Notes: generated from the letters alone by a model not told the origin. Counted from the whole stretch's first letter, positions 37,336 through 45,057 are shown. The stretch: DNA of 55,660 bases, filler included, from Candidatus Woesearchaeota archaeon (GCA_002685855.1; 4 parts of 4 records of this genome joined end to end with filler, not necessarily neighbours in it); one strand, 5' to 3'. Numbers and translations are program-made.

Positions 37336-37752
37336 GTGGATGATTGCATTTTTTGCAAGATTGTTTCTGGAGATATTCCTTGTCATACGATCTATGAGGA
37401 TGATGAGTACTTGGGTTTTCTGGATATTCGGCCGGTGTCAAAGGGGCATTGTCTTTTAATTCCAAAGAAGCATTTTGAAACGTTTCTGGATCTTCCTGTT
37501 GAGATGATGGGTGGGTTTACTGCTGCGTTGCGGAAGGTGACTGAGGCGGTTGTGAAGGCTACTACCTGTGATGGTGTTAATATTGGGTTGAATGTGAATA
37601 AGGCGGCGGGTCAGGAGGTATTTCATGTTCATCACCATGTGATTCCCCGGTTTGAAGGGGATGGGCTTTCTCAGTGGGCACGGAACACGTATGATGCTGG
37701 CGAGGATCTTATTCTGAGGGAAAAAATCAGCAGTTTTTTAAAAGAAGAGTAG
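37336..37752 (+). CDS. HIT family hydrolase (Hint-like, intact triad)
   Basis: CIFCKI, LDIRPVSKGHCLLIPKKH, AGQEVFHVHHHVIPR. Confidence 0.93.
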   Translation: MDDCIFCKIVSGDIPCHTIYEDDEYLGFLDIRPVSKGHCLLIPKKHFETFLDLPVEMMGGFTAALRKVTEAVVKATTCDGVNIGLNVNKAAGQEVFHVHHHVIPRFEGDGLSQWARNTYDAGEDLILREKISSFLKEE

Positions 37753-37766
37753 GTTTCTTTGTTTAT

Positions 37767-37888
37767 GCCGAAGTAGTTCAGCCTGGTTAGAGCGCCACGC
37801 TCATATGATTTGAGCCATGAGGTTTAGGCCGATGATTACAGCTTGCTGGGTGACGTGGAGGTCCGGAGTTCAAATCTCCGCTTCGGCA
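37767..37888 (+). tRNA. Elongator tRNA-Met(CAT) with 47-nt canonical intron (37806-37852)
   Basis: GCCGAAG/CTTCGGC acceptor; CCACG/CGTGG anticodon stem; central helix CTCA/TGGG with bulges TA|T and TG|A. Confidence 0.9.
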
Positions 37889-37908
37889 TAATCTTTTTTT
37901 GAAGAAAA

Positions 37909-38029
37909 CGCCACAGCCCGGATTTGAACCGAGAATTCCGTGAGGAACTCGCTCTCTGTTGTTGATAAGGATGTTGTGTTCTTATCTCCTGTTCGAGGCG
38001 AGCGCACTACCGAGTTATGCGACTGTGGC
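37909..38029 (-). tRNA. tRNA-Ser(CGA) with 38-nt intron (37954-37991)
   Basis: GCCACAG/CTGTGGC with G73; CTCGC/GCGAG stem; long variable arm TTCC-TCAC-GGAA; T-loop TTCAAAT. Confidence 0.9.
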
Positions 38030-38083
38030 GCAGCCAAAGGCGCGACCGAAAACACCTCCTGTTTTCGTGTATGCGACTGTGGC
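38016..38083 (-). repeat. 14-nt direct repeat of the tRNA-Ser 5' end (38016-38029 and 38070-38083)
   Basis: GCCACAGTCGCATA occurs twice, 54 nt apart, with hairpin CGAAAACA-GGAGG-TGTTTTCG between the copies. Confidence 0.9.
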
Positions 38084-38123
38084 ATTATTTAAGGAAGAAG
38101 GAGGTGTGCTTAAAAAGGTTTCT

Positions 38124-38882
38124 TTAGAGTTTTTCTTTGATGAAGTCTGTTATGAGCTGGATCATTTTGTTGAAGTCGTTTTCATCTGAAAAATAGTGGT
38201 CTGCTCCTTCGATGACTTCGAGGCAATTTTTGCATTGGAGGAAGTCGATGAATTCGCTTGCTTGTTGAAGGGGGACGGATTGGTCGTTGTCTCCGTGGAC
38301 GATCATGACAGGGATCTTTATCTGTTTTGCGAATGCAAAGAGGTCGTATTCTAAGAGGTCTTGGTAGAGTGTGTAGTTGAGTTTTAATGGGCCGTCTTTT
38401 CCTTGGTAGGTTGTTGAGCCTGTTTCTTGCCATTGTTTCATGCCTTGTTCGCCGAGTTTGGATTGCCAGCGGGAGGGCCAGTCGATGACGGGTGCTTTAA
38501 GGCAGAGGAGGTCGATGTCTTCGGATTCTGTTGCAGTTGCTATTGCGACTGCTCCGCCGAAGCTTGAGCCGAAGAGGGCGATTTTTTGAAAGTCTTTTTT
38601 CTTTACTGTTTCTATGGCTTGGGTGGCATCGTCGATGCCTTCTGTGAGGGTGATGTCTTCAAATTTTCCTTGACTTTCTCCGTGTCCGAAGAAGTCGAAT
38701 CTGAATGTGGCGATGTTGTGTTCTAGGAGTGTTTTTGTTAGTGCCTGGTTTGTTGAGTTGTTTTTGTTTATGGTGAATCCGTGGCAGAGGATTGCAATTT
38801 TTTTTGTGGGTTGGTCTGGGAGGGAGAGGATTCCTTTGATGCGGATTCCGTGGCTGTTGGAGAAGGTGAGTTCTTGTTCCAT
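38124..38882 (-). CDS. Alpha/beta hydrolase
   Basis: CHGF, RFDFFGHGES, nucleophile elbow GSSFG, HGDND, GADH. Confidence 0.93.
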   Translation of the reverse strand: MEQELTFSNSHGIRIKGILSLPDQPTKKIAILCHGFTINKNNSTNQALTKTLLEHNIATFRFDFFGHGESQGKFEDITLTEGIDDATQAIETVKKKDFQKIALFGSSFGGAVAIATATESEDIDLLCLKAPVIDWPSRWQSKLGEQGMKQWQETGSTTYQGKDGPLKLNYTLYQDLLEYDLFAFAKQIKIPVMIVHGDNDQSVPLQQASEFIDFLQCKNCLEVIEGADHYFSDENDFNKMIQLITDFIKEKL

Positions 38883-38884
38883 TT

Positions 38885-39190
38885 TTATTTTAATGCATCA
38901 ATCTTTTCTGCAAGTGAGAAGTCTTTTTCTGATAAGTTGTTGCTTGAATGGGTGAAGATTTCTACTTCAACCTTGTTTTGTGAGATTGTGATTGTTGGAT
39001 GGTGGTTTTCTTTTTCAGCGAGTTGGGCTATCTTGTTTGCGAACGCCATTGTTTGTTTGAAGTCGGGGAAATCGTAGTCGTTCCAGAGTTTTTCTTCTAT
39101 GATCTGCCAGGTTGGGACTATTTTGAGAAGTGTTTTTATCTGTTCATCTGTGAGGGGCTGTTGCGTTCCCTTTTCTTGGATGAGGACCAT
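38885..39190 (-). CDS. Pterin-4-alpha-carbinolamine dehydratase
   Basis: FPDF..MAF, AEKENHHP, FTHS..LSEKDF.LA..ID. Confidence 0.92.
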   Translation of the reverse strand: MVLIQEKGTQQPLTDEQIKTLLKIVPTWQIIEEKLWNDYDFPDFKQTMAFANKIAQLAEKENHHPTITISQNKVEVEIFTHSSNNLSEKDFSLAEKIDALK

Positions 39191-39261
39191 AGCTAGGGAA
39201 TTATCCCTTTTTGTATATAAAGCTTTAGTAAAGAAGGAGAGTTTATTTTTAAAGAAGGGGT

Positions 39262-39693
39262 TTAATGGGTTTTAATTCCTTTTACGTCCTTTTTATCTAG
39301 GACTTTGTCTTTGTTTCTGTCGGCTTTTTCGAGATCTGAGATGTAGATTTTTCCTGCTCGAACTCCATCTCTGATGGTGTTGGCGGTTGAGGTTGCTCCT
39401 GCGAGTGCATACGTGGGATGGGATGCTTTTACTTTGATGGCATAGGGTGTTCCTGTTATGGGTGCAAAGGCTTCATAGTTGCAGCCGGTTTGTCTGACGA
39501 ATGCTTTGTCTACTACTCTTTGAGTTGAGGGGAATTCTGCAAAGAGTTCGCCATTGATTGTACGTTGGTTGCCTTGGTTGAGGTCGTCCATTGTTGGCTG
39601 GCCTGATCTTGGGTGGTTGGTTGATGCGCAGCCTAGTGTTGTGACTAGGGTTGTTGCTAATAGGAGTTTTGTGAGTGGTCTTCTGAGATTCAT
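39262..39693 (-). CDS. Putative lipoprotein
   Basis: Signal peptide ending TLGC; C-terminal DRNKDKVLDKKD (EF-hand-like). Confidence 0.65.
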   Translation of the reverse strand: MNLRRPLTKLLLATTLVTTLGCASTNHPRSGQPTMDDLNQGNQRTINGELFAEFPSTQRVVDKAFVRQTGCNYEAFAPITGTPYAIKVKASHPTYALAGATSTANTIRDGVRAGKIYISDLEKADRNKDKVLDKKDVKGIKTH

Positions 39694-39718
39694 GCAATCA
39701 TTAGGTGTTTGCTATTTA

Positions 39719-40243
39719 TTAAGTTTTCGTTTTTTTGACTACTCTTTGGTGGTTATTGGTTCGGGATGATTTATTTTCTATATGGAAGTTTTTGTTTGGG
39801 TTTAATCGGGCATGAAGGTCCTGATAGAGTTCTTCCTCGATAAAATTTGGATAGTTGTTGTAGCGAGGGTCTTCTTCTACGCGAGGAACACCTAGGGATG
39901 AGGTGAATCGGCATCTGAAGCCTTCCCAAGAGGATCCATTGTTAATTCTTGTATAGGTAAGGCTATCACCCTCTGAGGGACCTTGAGGAAGGAGATCGGC
40001 TACGATGACTTCAACAGAGGATTCTAAAAAGGGGTGGTCGAGAGGTTTTGTGTGTGAGAAGGTGTACAGGGTTGTGGAGCCGTCTTTTGTTGTTTGTGTG
40101 TGGGGGCTGTCTTTTATTTCCTGCATTTTTTGAGCTAGGCGGGATTCTTCTATTGAGGTTTGTCCTCTTTCTACGCGGTAGACCTGATAGATTGAGAGGA
40201 TTCCTATTGTTGACATAACTGCAATGGCTGATGTTCTGCTCAT
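39719..40243 (-). CDS. Hypothetical membrane-anchored protein
   Basis: N-terminal hydrophobic stretch; no recognised motif. Confidence 0.6.
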   Translation of the reverse strand: MSRTSAIAVMSTIGILSIYQVYRVERGQTSIEESRLAQKMQEIKDSPHTQTTKDGSTTLYTFSHTKPLDHPFLESSVEVIVADLLPQGPSEGDSLTYTRINNGSSWEGFRCRFTSSLGVPRVEEDPRYNNYPNFIEEELYQDLHARLNPNKNFHIENKSSRTNNHQRVVKKTKT

Positions 40244-40624
40244 TTTTATGGGGATAGGCAGGGCTTCTTAAAGGTTGTGGGTCCGAGCCTCGTGAGAGGC
40301 TCGCAGAACAAAGAGATAATTATTTAAAAGGTGTTTTCCCGGAAGAGGGTATGCGATTTTGGGTTGTTTGGGTTGTTTGTTTGGTTCTGTTGATTAGTGG
40401 GTATGGTGGAAAAGGTAGTTCTGATGGTGAGGGAGGAGTTGTGGGGGATGGAGATGGTGAGAAGGGTGGTGGTTTGGAGGGAGTGGTGAGAGGTATTATG
40501 TTTCGGGAAAGATTCGGTGGAAGGAGAATGAGTATGAGGTGTTGAGTTTTTCTGAGTTTGAGGGGTTGGGTTTTGGGGAAGGGAACGTTGTTGAGGGTTG
40601 AAGAAGGATTGTTTTATTGATAGT

Positions 40625-42742
40625 TTATCTTTTTTCTTTTAGTTCTGCTTGTTCTATGGTGTAGCGTCCTGAGTGGGGGGTGTCCATTGTTTTTTTGGCT
40701 TTTGTGATTTTTATTTTTTTGTTGAAGAGCGGGCAGTCGAGGACTAGTGTTTCGTATTCGCCTCCTTCTCCGGCGATGTTGATCTGGTTGAGTTGTTTGA
40801 GTTGTTGGATTGTTTTTTTTGTTATGGTTTTACCGAGCCATTCTTTTGTGAATCCTTCTGCTGCGATGCTGGATATGATTATTTCGTAGTTTTCTTTTAG
40901 GAGGTTGTGGATGAGGAGTTCCTGGTCCATGTGCCAGAGGGGAGAGAATATTTTTAGGGAGAGTTTGTCGCAGATTTTTTCAACGCGGTCTCGTTGGTAG
41001 GTGGAGAGGATTGCTCCGACGATTACGCCTTCTATGTTGTGGTGTTGTTTTGCTTTTTTTAGGAGGGTTTCCATGTCTGAGAGTTCTTTTTCTTTTTCTC
41101 CTTTTGTTGTTTGGATGATGAGGGGGAGGTTGGCTGCTTTTGCGTGGAGTTTTGCGAGGTGGATGTTGGGTGTGTGGAACATGAATGAGTCGGGGTTTGT
41201 TGATTGTATTGTGAGGAGGCAGGCGAGTTCATAGTTTTGTTTTTTCATGATGTGTGCTGCGTAGCAGGAGTCTTTTCCTGTGCTCCAGAGGACTCCGAGT
41301 TTGAGGTTGGCCTGGGGGTAGAACTGTTTGAGGTAGGCGGATTTTGTTTGTGGTTGGGCGAGTTTTTGGATTGCTTTGTCTGTGTTGGATCCGTATTGTG
41401 CTGCTTTTTTTGGGCGCCAGGCTGTTTCTTTGTCGAGGTTGAGGTGTGTTTGTGCGATTTTTCTGAGGATGTATTTTCCTGTGTTGTTTTTTATTTTTAG
41501 TTGTGGGGGGATTTGAAGGGCGAATTGGGTGAGTTGTTTGTCGAGGAAGGGGAGGCGGAGTTCGAGGGTGTTGTTCATTGTTATGACGTCGTCTCTGTAG
41601 AGATCTTTTTCATAGATCTTTCTGAGTCCTGAAAGGCATTCGTTGTTGATGTTCTGGCTGTTGTGGTGGCGTTGGTAGCCTGCGAAGAGTTCTTCGCTTC
41701 CGAGGCCAGAGAAGAGGACTTTTATGTTGTCTTTTTTTGCTTGCTGGCATGCTGCGTAGAAGGGGAGGGCGACGCCTACTTTTACAACGTTGGAGTCTTC
41801 GATGAGGGGGACAACTTCTTTTAGGAGTTTAGGGATGTCTTTTTTTGTGAGGATGATCTCTTTTAGGGGGAAGTTGTGGAGTTTTGCTGTTTTTCGTGCT
41901 GCTATAAGGTCGTGGGAGGGTTTCCAGTTTTTTTCCTGGACTGCAGTGGTGTAGCAGGTGAATTTTTTTTTGTGTTGTTGTGCGATTTTTGCGATTATGG
42001 ATGAGTCTATTCCTCCGCTGAAGAGGATTCCGAAGGGTTCTTTTGGGAAGCGTTTTGTGATAGCTTTTTGTAAGATGTTTGGGAGTTTTTCTGTTGTTGT
42101 TTTTTTGGTGTGGGGTTTTGTTAGGGTGAAGAAGGTTCTTTCAGTGGTTGTGATTTTTTTTGTTTTTGTGTTGTAGTGGAGGATGGTTCTTGGGTTGAGT
42201 TCGTCGATGAAGTTTTGTTTCCAGGTTTTGAGGACTTTTTTTTCTGATGCGAATGCGAATGTGTCTGCTGCTGAGTACCAGAGGGGTTTTACTCCTAGTA
42301 TGTCTCTTGCTATTGTTAGAATGTTGTTGTCGAGGTAGGCGAAGGCGTAGACTCCGTCGAGTTGGTTGAGGGTTGTTTGTGTAGGTTGTTCTTTGTCGAG
42401 GAGTTGGAGTAAGAGGTCGGCGTCGTTTTCTGCTTTGAAGTTGTGTTTTTTGGCGAGTTGTTTCCAGTTGTAGATTTCGCAGTTGGCTATGAGGATTCCT
42501 TTTCTTTTAAGGGGTTGGGGGATTTGGTTGATGACAGCGTGGAGGCAGTGTGCGAGAAGGTTGGTTCGGAGTTGGGTTGTTTTGAGTTTTGTTTTGAGTG
42601 TTGGGATTGTGGGTGCGTGGATTGTTGTTGTAGAGTTTGCGAGTCCGTAGGCTTCTTTTCCTCTGTTTTTCAGGATAGAGAGGCCTGTCAGGAGCTTCGC
42701 TGTACTGTTTTTGTCGTGGAAGAGTCCGAGTATTCCGCACAT
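40625..42742 (-). CDS. Asparagine synthetase (glutamine-hydrolysing)-like / diphthine--ammonia ligase (Dph6) fusion
   Basis: MCGI (Ntn Cys), NCEIYN, RDILGVKPL, LFSGGIDS, SGLGSEELFAGY, LRLPFLD. Then LWSTGKDS, SFMFH, GAILSTYQRDRVE, PLW, AGEGGEYETLVLDCP (Dph6/DUF71). Confidence 0.92.
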   Translation of the reverse strand: MCGILGLFHDKNSTAKLLTGLSILKNRGKEAYGLANSTTTIHAPTIPTLKTKLKTTQLRTNLLAHCLHAVINQIPQPLKRKGILIANCEIYNWKQLAKKHNFKAENDADLLLQLLDKEQPTQTTLNQLDGVYAFAYLDNNILTIARDILGVKPLWYSAADTFAFASEKKVLKTWKQNFIDELNPRTILHYNTKTKKITTTERTFFTLTKPHTKKTTTEKLPNILQKAITKRFPKEPFGILFSGGIDSSIIAKIAQQHKKKFTCYTTAVQEKNWKPSHDLIAARKTAKLHNFPLKEIILTKKDIPKLLKEVVPLIEDSNVVKVGVALPFYAACQQAKKDNIKVLFSGLGSEELFAGYQRHHNSQNINNECLSGLRKIYEKDLYRDDVITMNNTLELRLPFLDKQLTQFALQIPPQLKIKNNTGKYILRKIAQTHLNLDKETAWRPKKAAQYGSNTDKAIQKLAQPQTKSAYLKQFYPQANLKLGVLWSTGKDSCYAAHIMKKQNYELACLLTIQSTNPDSFMFHTPNIHLAKLHAKAANLPLIIQTTKGEKEKELSDMETLLKKAKQHHNIEGVIVGAILSTYQRDRVEKICDKLSLKIFSPLWHMDQELLIHNLLKENYEIIISSIAAEGFTKEWLGKTITKKTIQQLKQLNQINIAGEGGEYETLVLDCPLFNKKIKITKAKKTMDTPHSGRYTIEQAELKEKR

Positions 42743-43098
42743 GGGGGTTGAGAAGGGGGTTGTTTATAAATAGTTTGTGTCTTTATGATTGGTTTAGTTG
42801 TTGAGGAAATTTCTACAACAAAGTGTTATAATAAGGGGGTGTTTCTGATAGAAAAAATGGAGGTGAAGCTGATGAGTATAGATATAAAAATCGAGTACCA
42901 GGAGAAACCCCCTGAGGAGAAGTTGGAAGGGGAGAAGAAGGAATTGGATACTGGTGTGTTTGCTGTCCTGGCCGGAAAGATCGAGCCCACAAAATGGTAT
43001 GGGATCTGTTATGGAAGGGATCTTGACAGGGAATGGGGTGTACATTATCGGTGATTATTTGCACTGCAGGTAGGCTCCTTGGTCGATGTTAGGATTGT

Positions 43099-43614
43099 TT
43101 AGAAATATTTTTTAAAGACACGTTTGAGGGCTTCTATACAATGGGGGGTCAGGGTCATGTTTCGGAATTTATGTTTTAGTTCGTGTGCGTCGATCCATTT
43201 GATCTTTTCTATTTCGCGTTCGTCTAGTTTTATGGGTCCGTTGTATCGTGCGTAGTAGATGTGAACGAGTTCGTGTTCTACAGAGTCGTTGATAATGGAG
43301 GTACCAAGGGAGTGGAGGCGTGTTCCAAATCCTAAGAGTTTTGTTCGGGTTTTGATTCCAATTTCTTCTCTTGTTTCTCGTAGTACTGCCTGGTCGGGTG
43401 TTTCTCCGTGGTCAACGTGTCCAGCGACTGAACCGTTCCAGTAGAGAGGATATTGTTTTTTGTTCTTTTTTCTGAGCTGGAGAAGGATCTGGTTTTTTTT
43501 ATTTATGATAATGACGTGGATGGATTTGTGAAGGAGATGGTCTTTGTGGGCTTTATCTCTTGTTTCTGTTCTGAGGATGGTTCCTTCTTCATCGACGATG
43601 TCTACTTGAGTCAT
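43099..43614 (-). CDS. NUDIX hydrolase (IPP isomerase type 1-like)
   Basis: MTQVDIVDE start, H...LLHKSIHV, SVAGHVDHGE...AVLRETREEIGI. Confidence 0.88.
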   Translation of the reverse strand: MTQVDIVDEEGTILRTETRDKAHKDHLLHKSIHVIIINKKNQILLQLRKKNKKQYPLYWNGSVAGHVDHGETPDQAVLRETREEIGIKTRTKLLGFGTRLHSLGTSIINDSVEHELVHIYYARYNGPIKLDEREIEKIKWIDAHELKHKFRNMTLTPHCIEALKRVFKKYF

Positions 43615-43670
43615 AGAGATTATTGTTGATGATGGTTTAAATAATTTATGGGATTTTAGGAGAATAAAGA

Positions 43671-43787
43671 TGCCCCGTCCGGGATTTGAACCCGAGTCCC
43701 AGCCTGTCTCCAAAGATTCGAGAGGGCTGGATGATTGGTTATCCAAACCATTTGTTGAAATGATTTACCGGACTACACCAACAGGGC
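43671..43787 (-). tRNA. tRNA-Glu(CTC) with two introns (D-loop 43739-43767, 29 nt; anticodon 43706-43718, 13 nt)
   Basis: D-loop BHB GTCC/GGAT with bulges GG|T and AA|C restores AGTCCGGCCAATCAT. The 37/38 intron has a CTCT/GGAG helix. Confidence 0.92.
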
Positions 43788-43792
43788 AAAGA

Positions 43793-43974
43793 TGGGTCCA
43801 AGGGGACTTTCACGAAATCTTTCTTAACAAAGTAGCCCGGAGGACTGAGCATAACGAATGTCCTCCCGTCTCCTTCTCCAAGGTCTTTGAAAGACCTCCT
43901 TTGAAAGATCTCTTTCGAACCCCTGACCTATCGGTTAAGAGCCGATTGCTCAAACCGGACTAAGCTATGGACCC
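43793..43974 (-). tRNA. tRNA-Lys(CTT) with 107-nt T-loop intron (43807-43913, position 59/60)
   Basis: GGGTCCA/TGGACCC acceptor; ATCGG-CTCTTAA-CCGAT anticodon arm. TTCG/TGAA helix with bulges AA|A and AG|T restores TTCGAAT. Ends 5 nt upstream of tRNA-Glu. Confidence 0.92.
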
Positions 43975-44153
43975 ATTCAGAGTTGAAAGAATGGTTTTAT
44001 TTAAAAAAGTTCCTCTATGGGTTAGAAGAAGAGGTTGTGGAACTGTGTATGCAGATAGGCTATACTTTCTTTTTTATGTTTGATTTAATAACCATATTGA
44101 TAAAAAATAAGTTGTTTCATTAGGTTTATATATCTTTATTGCTGGTGAAGGGA

Positions 44154-44654
44154 ATGACTATTCTAAAAGGAAAGGAGTTTATTTTGAGGCCTCTTTCTCT
44201 TTCTGATGTGCCCAGTTTTTTTGAGGTTATGCAGGATGAGGAAACGAAAAGAAATTTAGAGTCTGTTCCTACTACGTTGGAGGAGGCGAAGAGGGAAATT
44301 GAAGGATATCTTCTTCAGGAGAAGGAGAAGGATTCTGAATATTTTAGTATTGATATTGATGGGAGGTATGCAGGGAATGTTGTTTTGCAGCACCAGAATT
44401 GGGATCCCGCGAGTAATGAAGGGAGAGTACATTTATGGATTCATCCGGAGTTTAGAAAAAGGGGTTTAGCAACTACCGCTCTTAAGGAAGTTGTTAGGTA
44501 TGGTCTTAAGAAGAAGTTTCGATGTATCTTTGCTCAATGTAAGGCGATGAACAAAGGAGTTATCAAGATTCTACTAAATGTTGGTTTTACAAGGGTTAAA
44601 ACGTTTGTTAATGAGGCAGGTGTTGAGAAGATTCTTTGGATCATAGAAGACTGA
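44154..44654 (+). CDS. GNAT family N-acetyltransferase (RimJ/RimL-like)
   Basis: FILRPLSLSD, WIHPEFRKRGLATTAL, N....KILLNVGF. Confidence 0.9.
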   Translation: MTILKGKEFILRPLSLSDVPSFFEVMQDEETKRNLESVPTTLEEAKREIEGYLLQEKEKDSEYFSIDIDGRYAGNVVLQHQNWDPASNEGRVHLWIHPEFRKRGLATTALKEVVRYGLKKKFRCIFAQCKAMNKGVIKILLNVGFTRVKTFVNEAGVEKILWIIED

Positions 44655-44689
44655 TGAATTTATTGTACTATATCTAAAATAAAAAAAAG

Positions 44690-44708
44690 CGCCAAGGCCC
44701 GGATTTGA
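44690..44708 (-). mobile_element. Orphan tRNA 3' end (Ser-type), putative att site
   Basis: Minus strand TCAAATCCGGGCCTTGGCG followed by a T8 tract. It is 17/19 identical to the tRNA-Ser(CGA) 3' end, and no matching 5' half is visible on the contig. Confidence 0.7.
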
Positions 44709-44817
44709 TGAATTGTTTCAATTTGAGCCTGTTTTTATGACTCGAATTCTTAAATATTCCTTATTCTATCCTTAAGGAGAGCTGATATATAAATATTGTT
44801 GGTTTGGAGGTGGTTTT

Positions 44818-44970
44818 ATGCCAAAAATACAGGAACAGAAGGGAAGGATGAGTATTACGATACCTGCTGAGATAGCTAGGATGAAGGGATGGAAGAAGGG
44901 AGATGGGCTTGGTTTTAGAGTTTCAGGAAAAGAAATATGCTACTTTAAAAACAATAATCAGGCCCTCTAA
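44818..44970 (+). CDS. AbrB/MazE/SpoVT-family DNA-binding protein (50 aa)
   Basis: Hand translation: MPKIQEQKGRMSITIPAEIARMKGWKKGDGLGF... with GGAGGTG RBS. Not in the ORF track. Confidence 0.8.
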   Translation: MPKIQEQKGRMSITIPAEIARMKGWKKGDGLGFRVSGKEICYFKNNNQAL

Positions 44971-45057
44971 TGAAAGAGGGATCTTAATTATCTCCTTTAT
45001 GTTTTTTATTAACTAACATGCGTAGTTATTTATATATAAATAATATCCCCTCTTATC

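Noticed and set aside
1347..42751. Many long antisense or overlapping ORFs (e.g. 2708..3160, 3200..3838, 5305..5865, 8199..8774, 12589..13101, 18327..18806)
   Set aside because: Shadow frames of real genes, favoured by the strong strand bias. No motifs.
40351..43054. Short ORFs 40351..40545 and 42785..43054
   Set aside because: No recognisable motifs. They may be small genes or remnants, but there is not enough support to call them.
35599..43913. T-loop introns as group I introns, hammerhead or hairpin ribozymes, or box C/D guides
   Set aside because: They are too short for a group I core, and I found no shared CUGANGA/GAAA, hairpin loop B, or RUGAUGA/CUGA set in both copies. BHB ends already explain excision. 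An Rfam scan is still needed.
35448..43963. Track ORFs overlapping tRNAs (35448..35690, 36418..36627, 36476..36706, 37870..38085, 37959..38189, 43670..43963) and the extension of the NUDIX ORF to 43746
   Set aside because: They run through tRNA genes. The NUDIX start is better placed at 43614.
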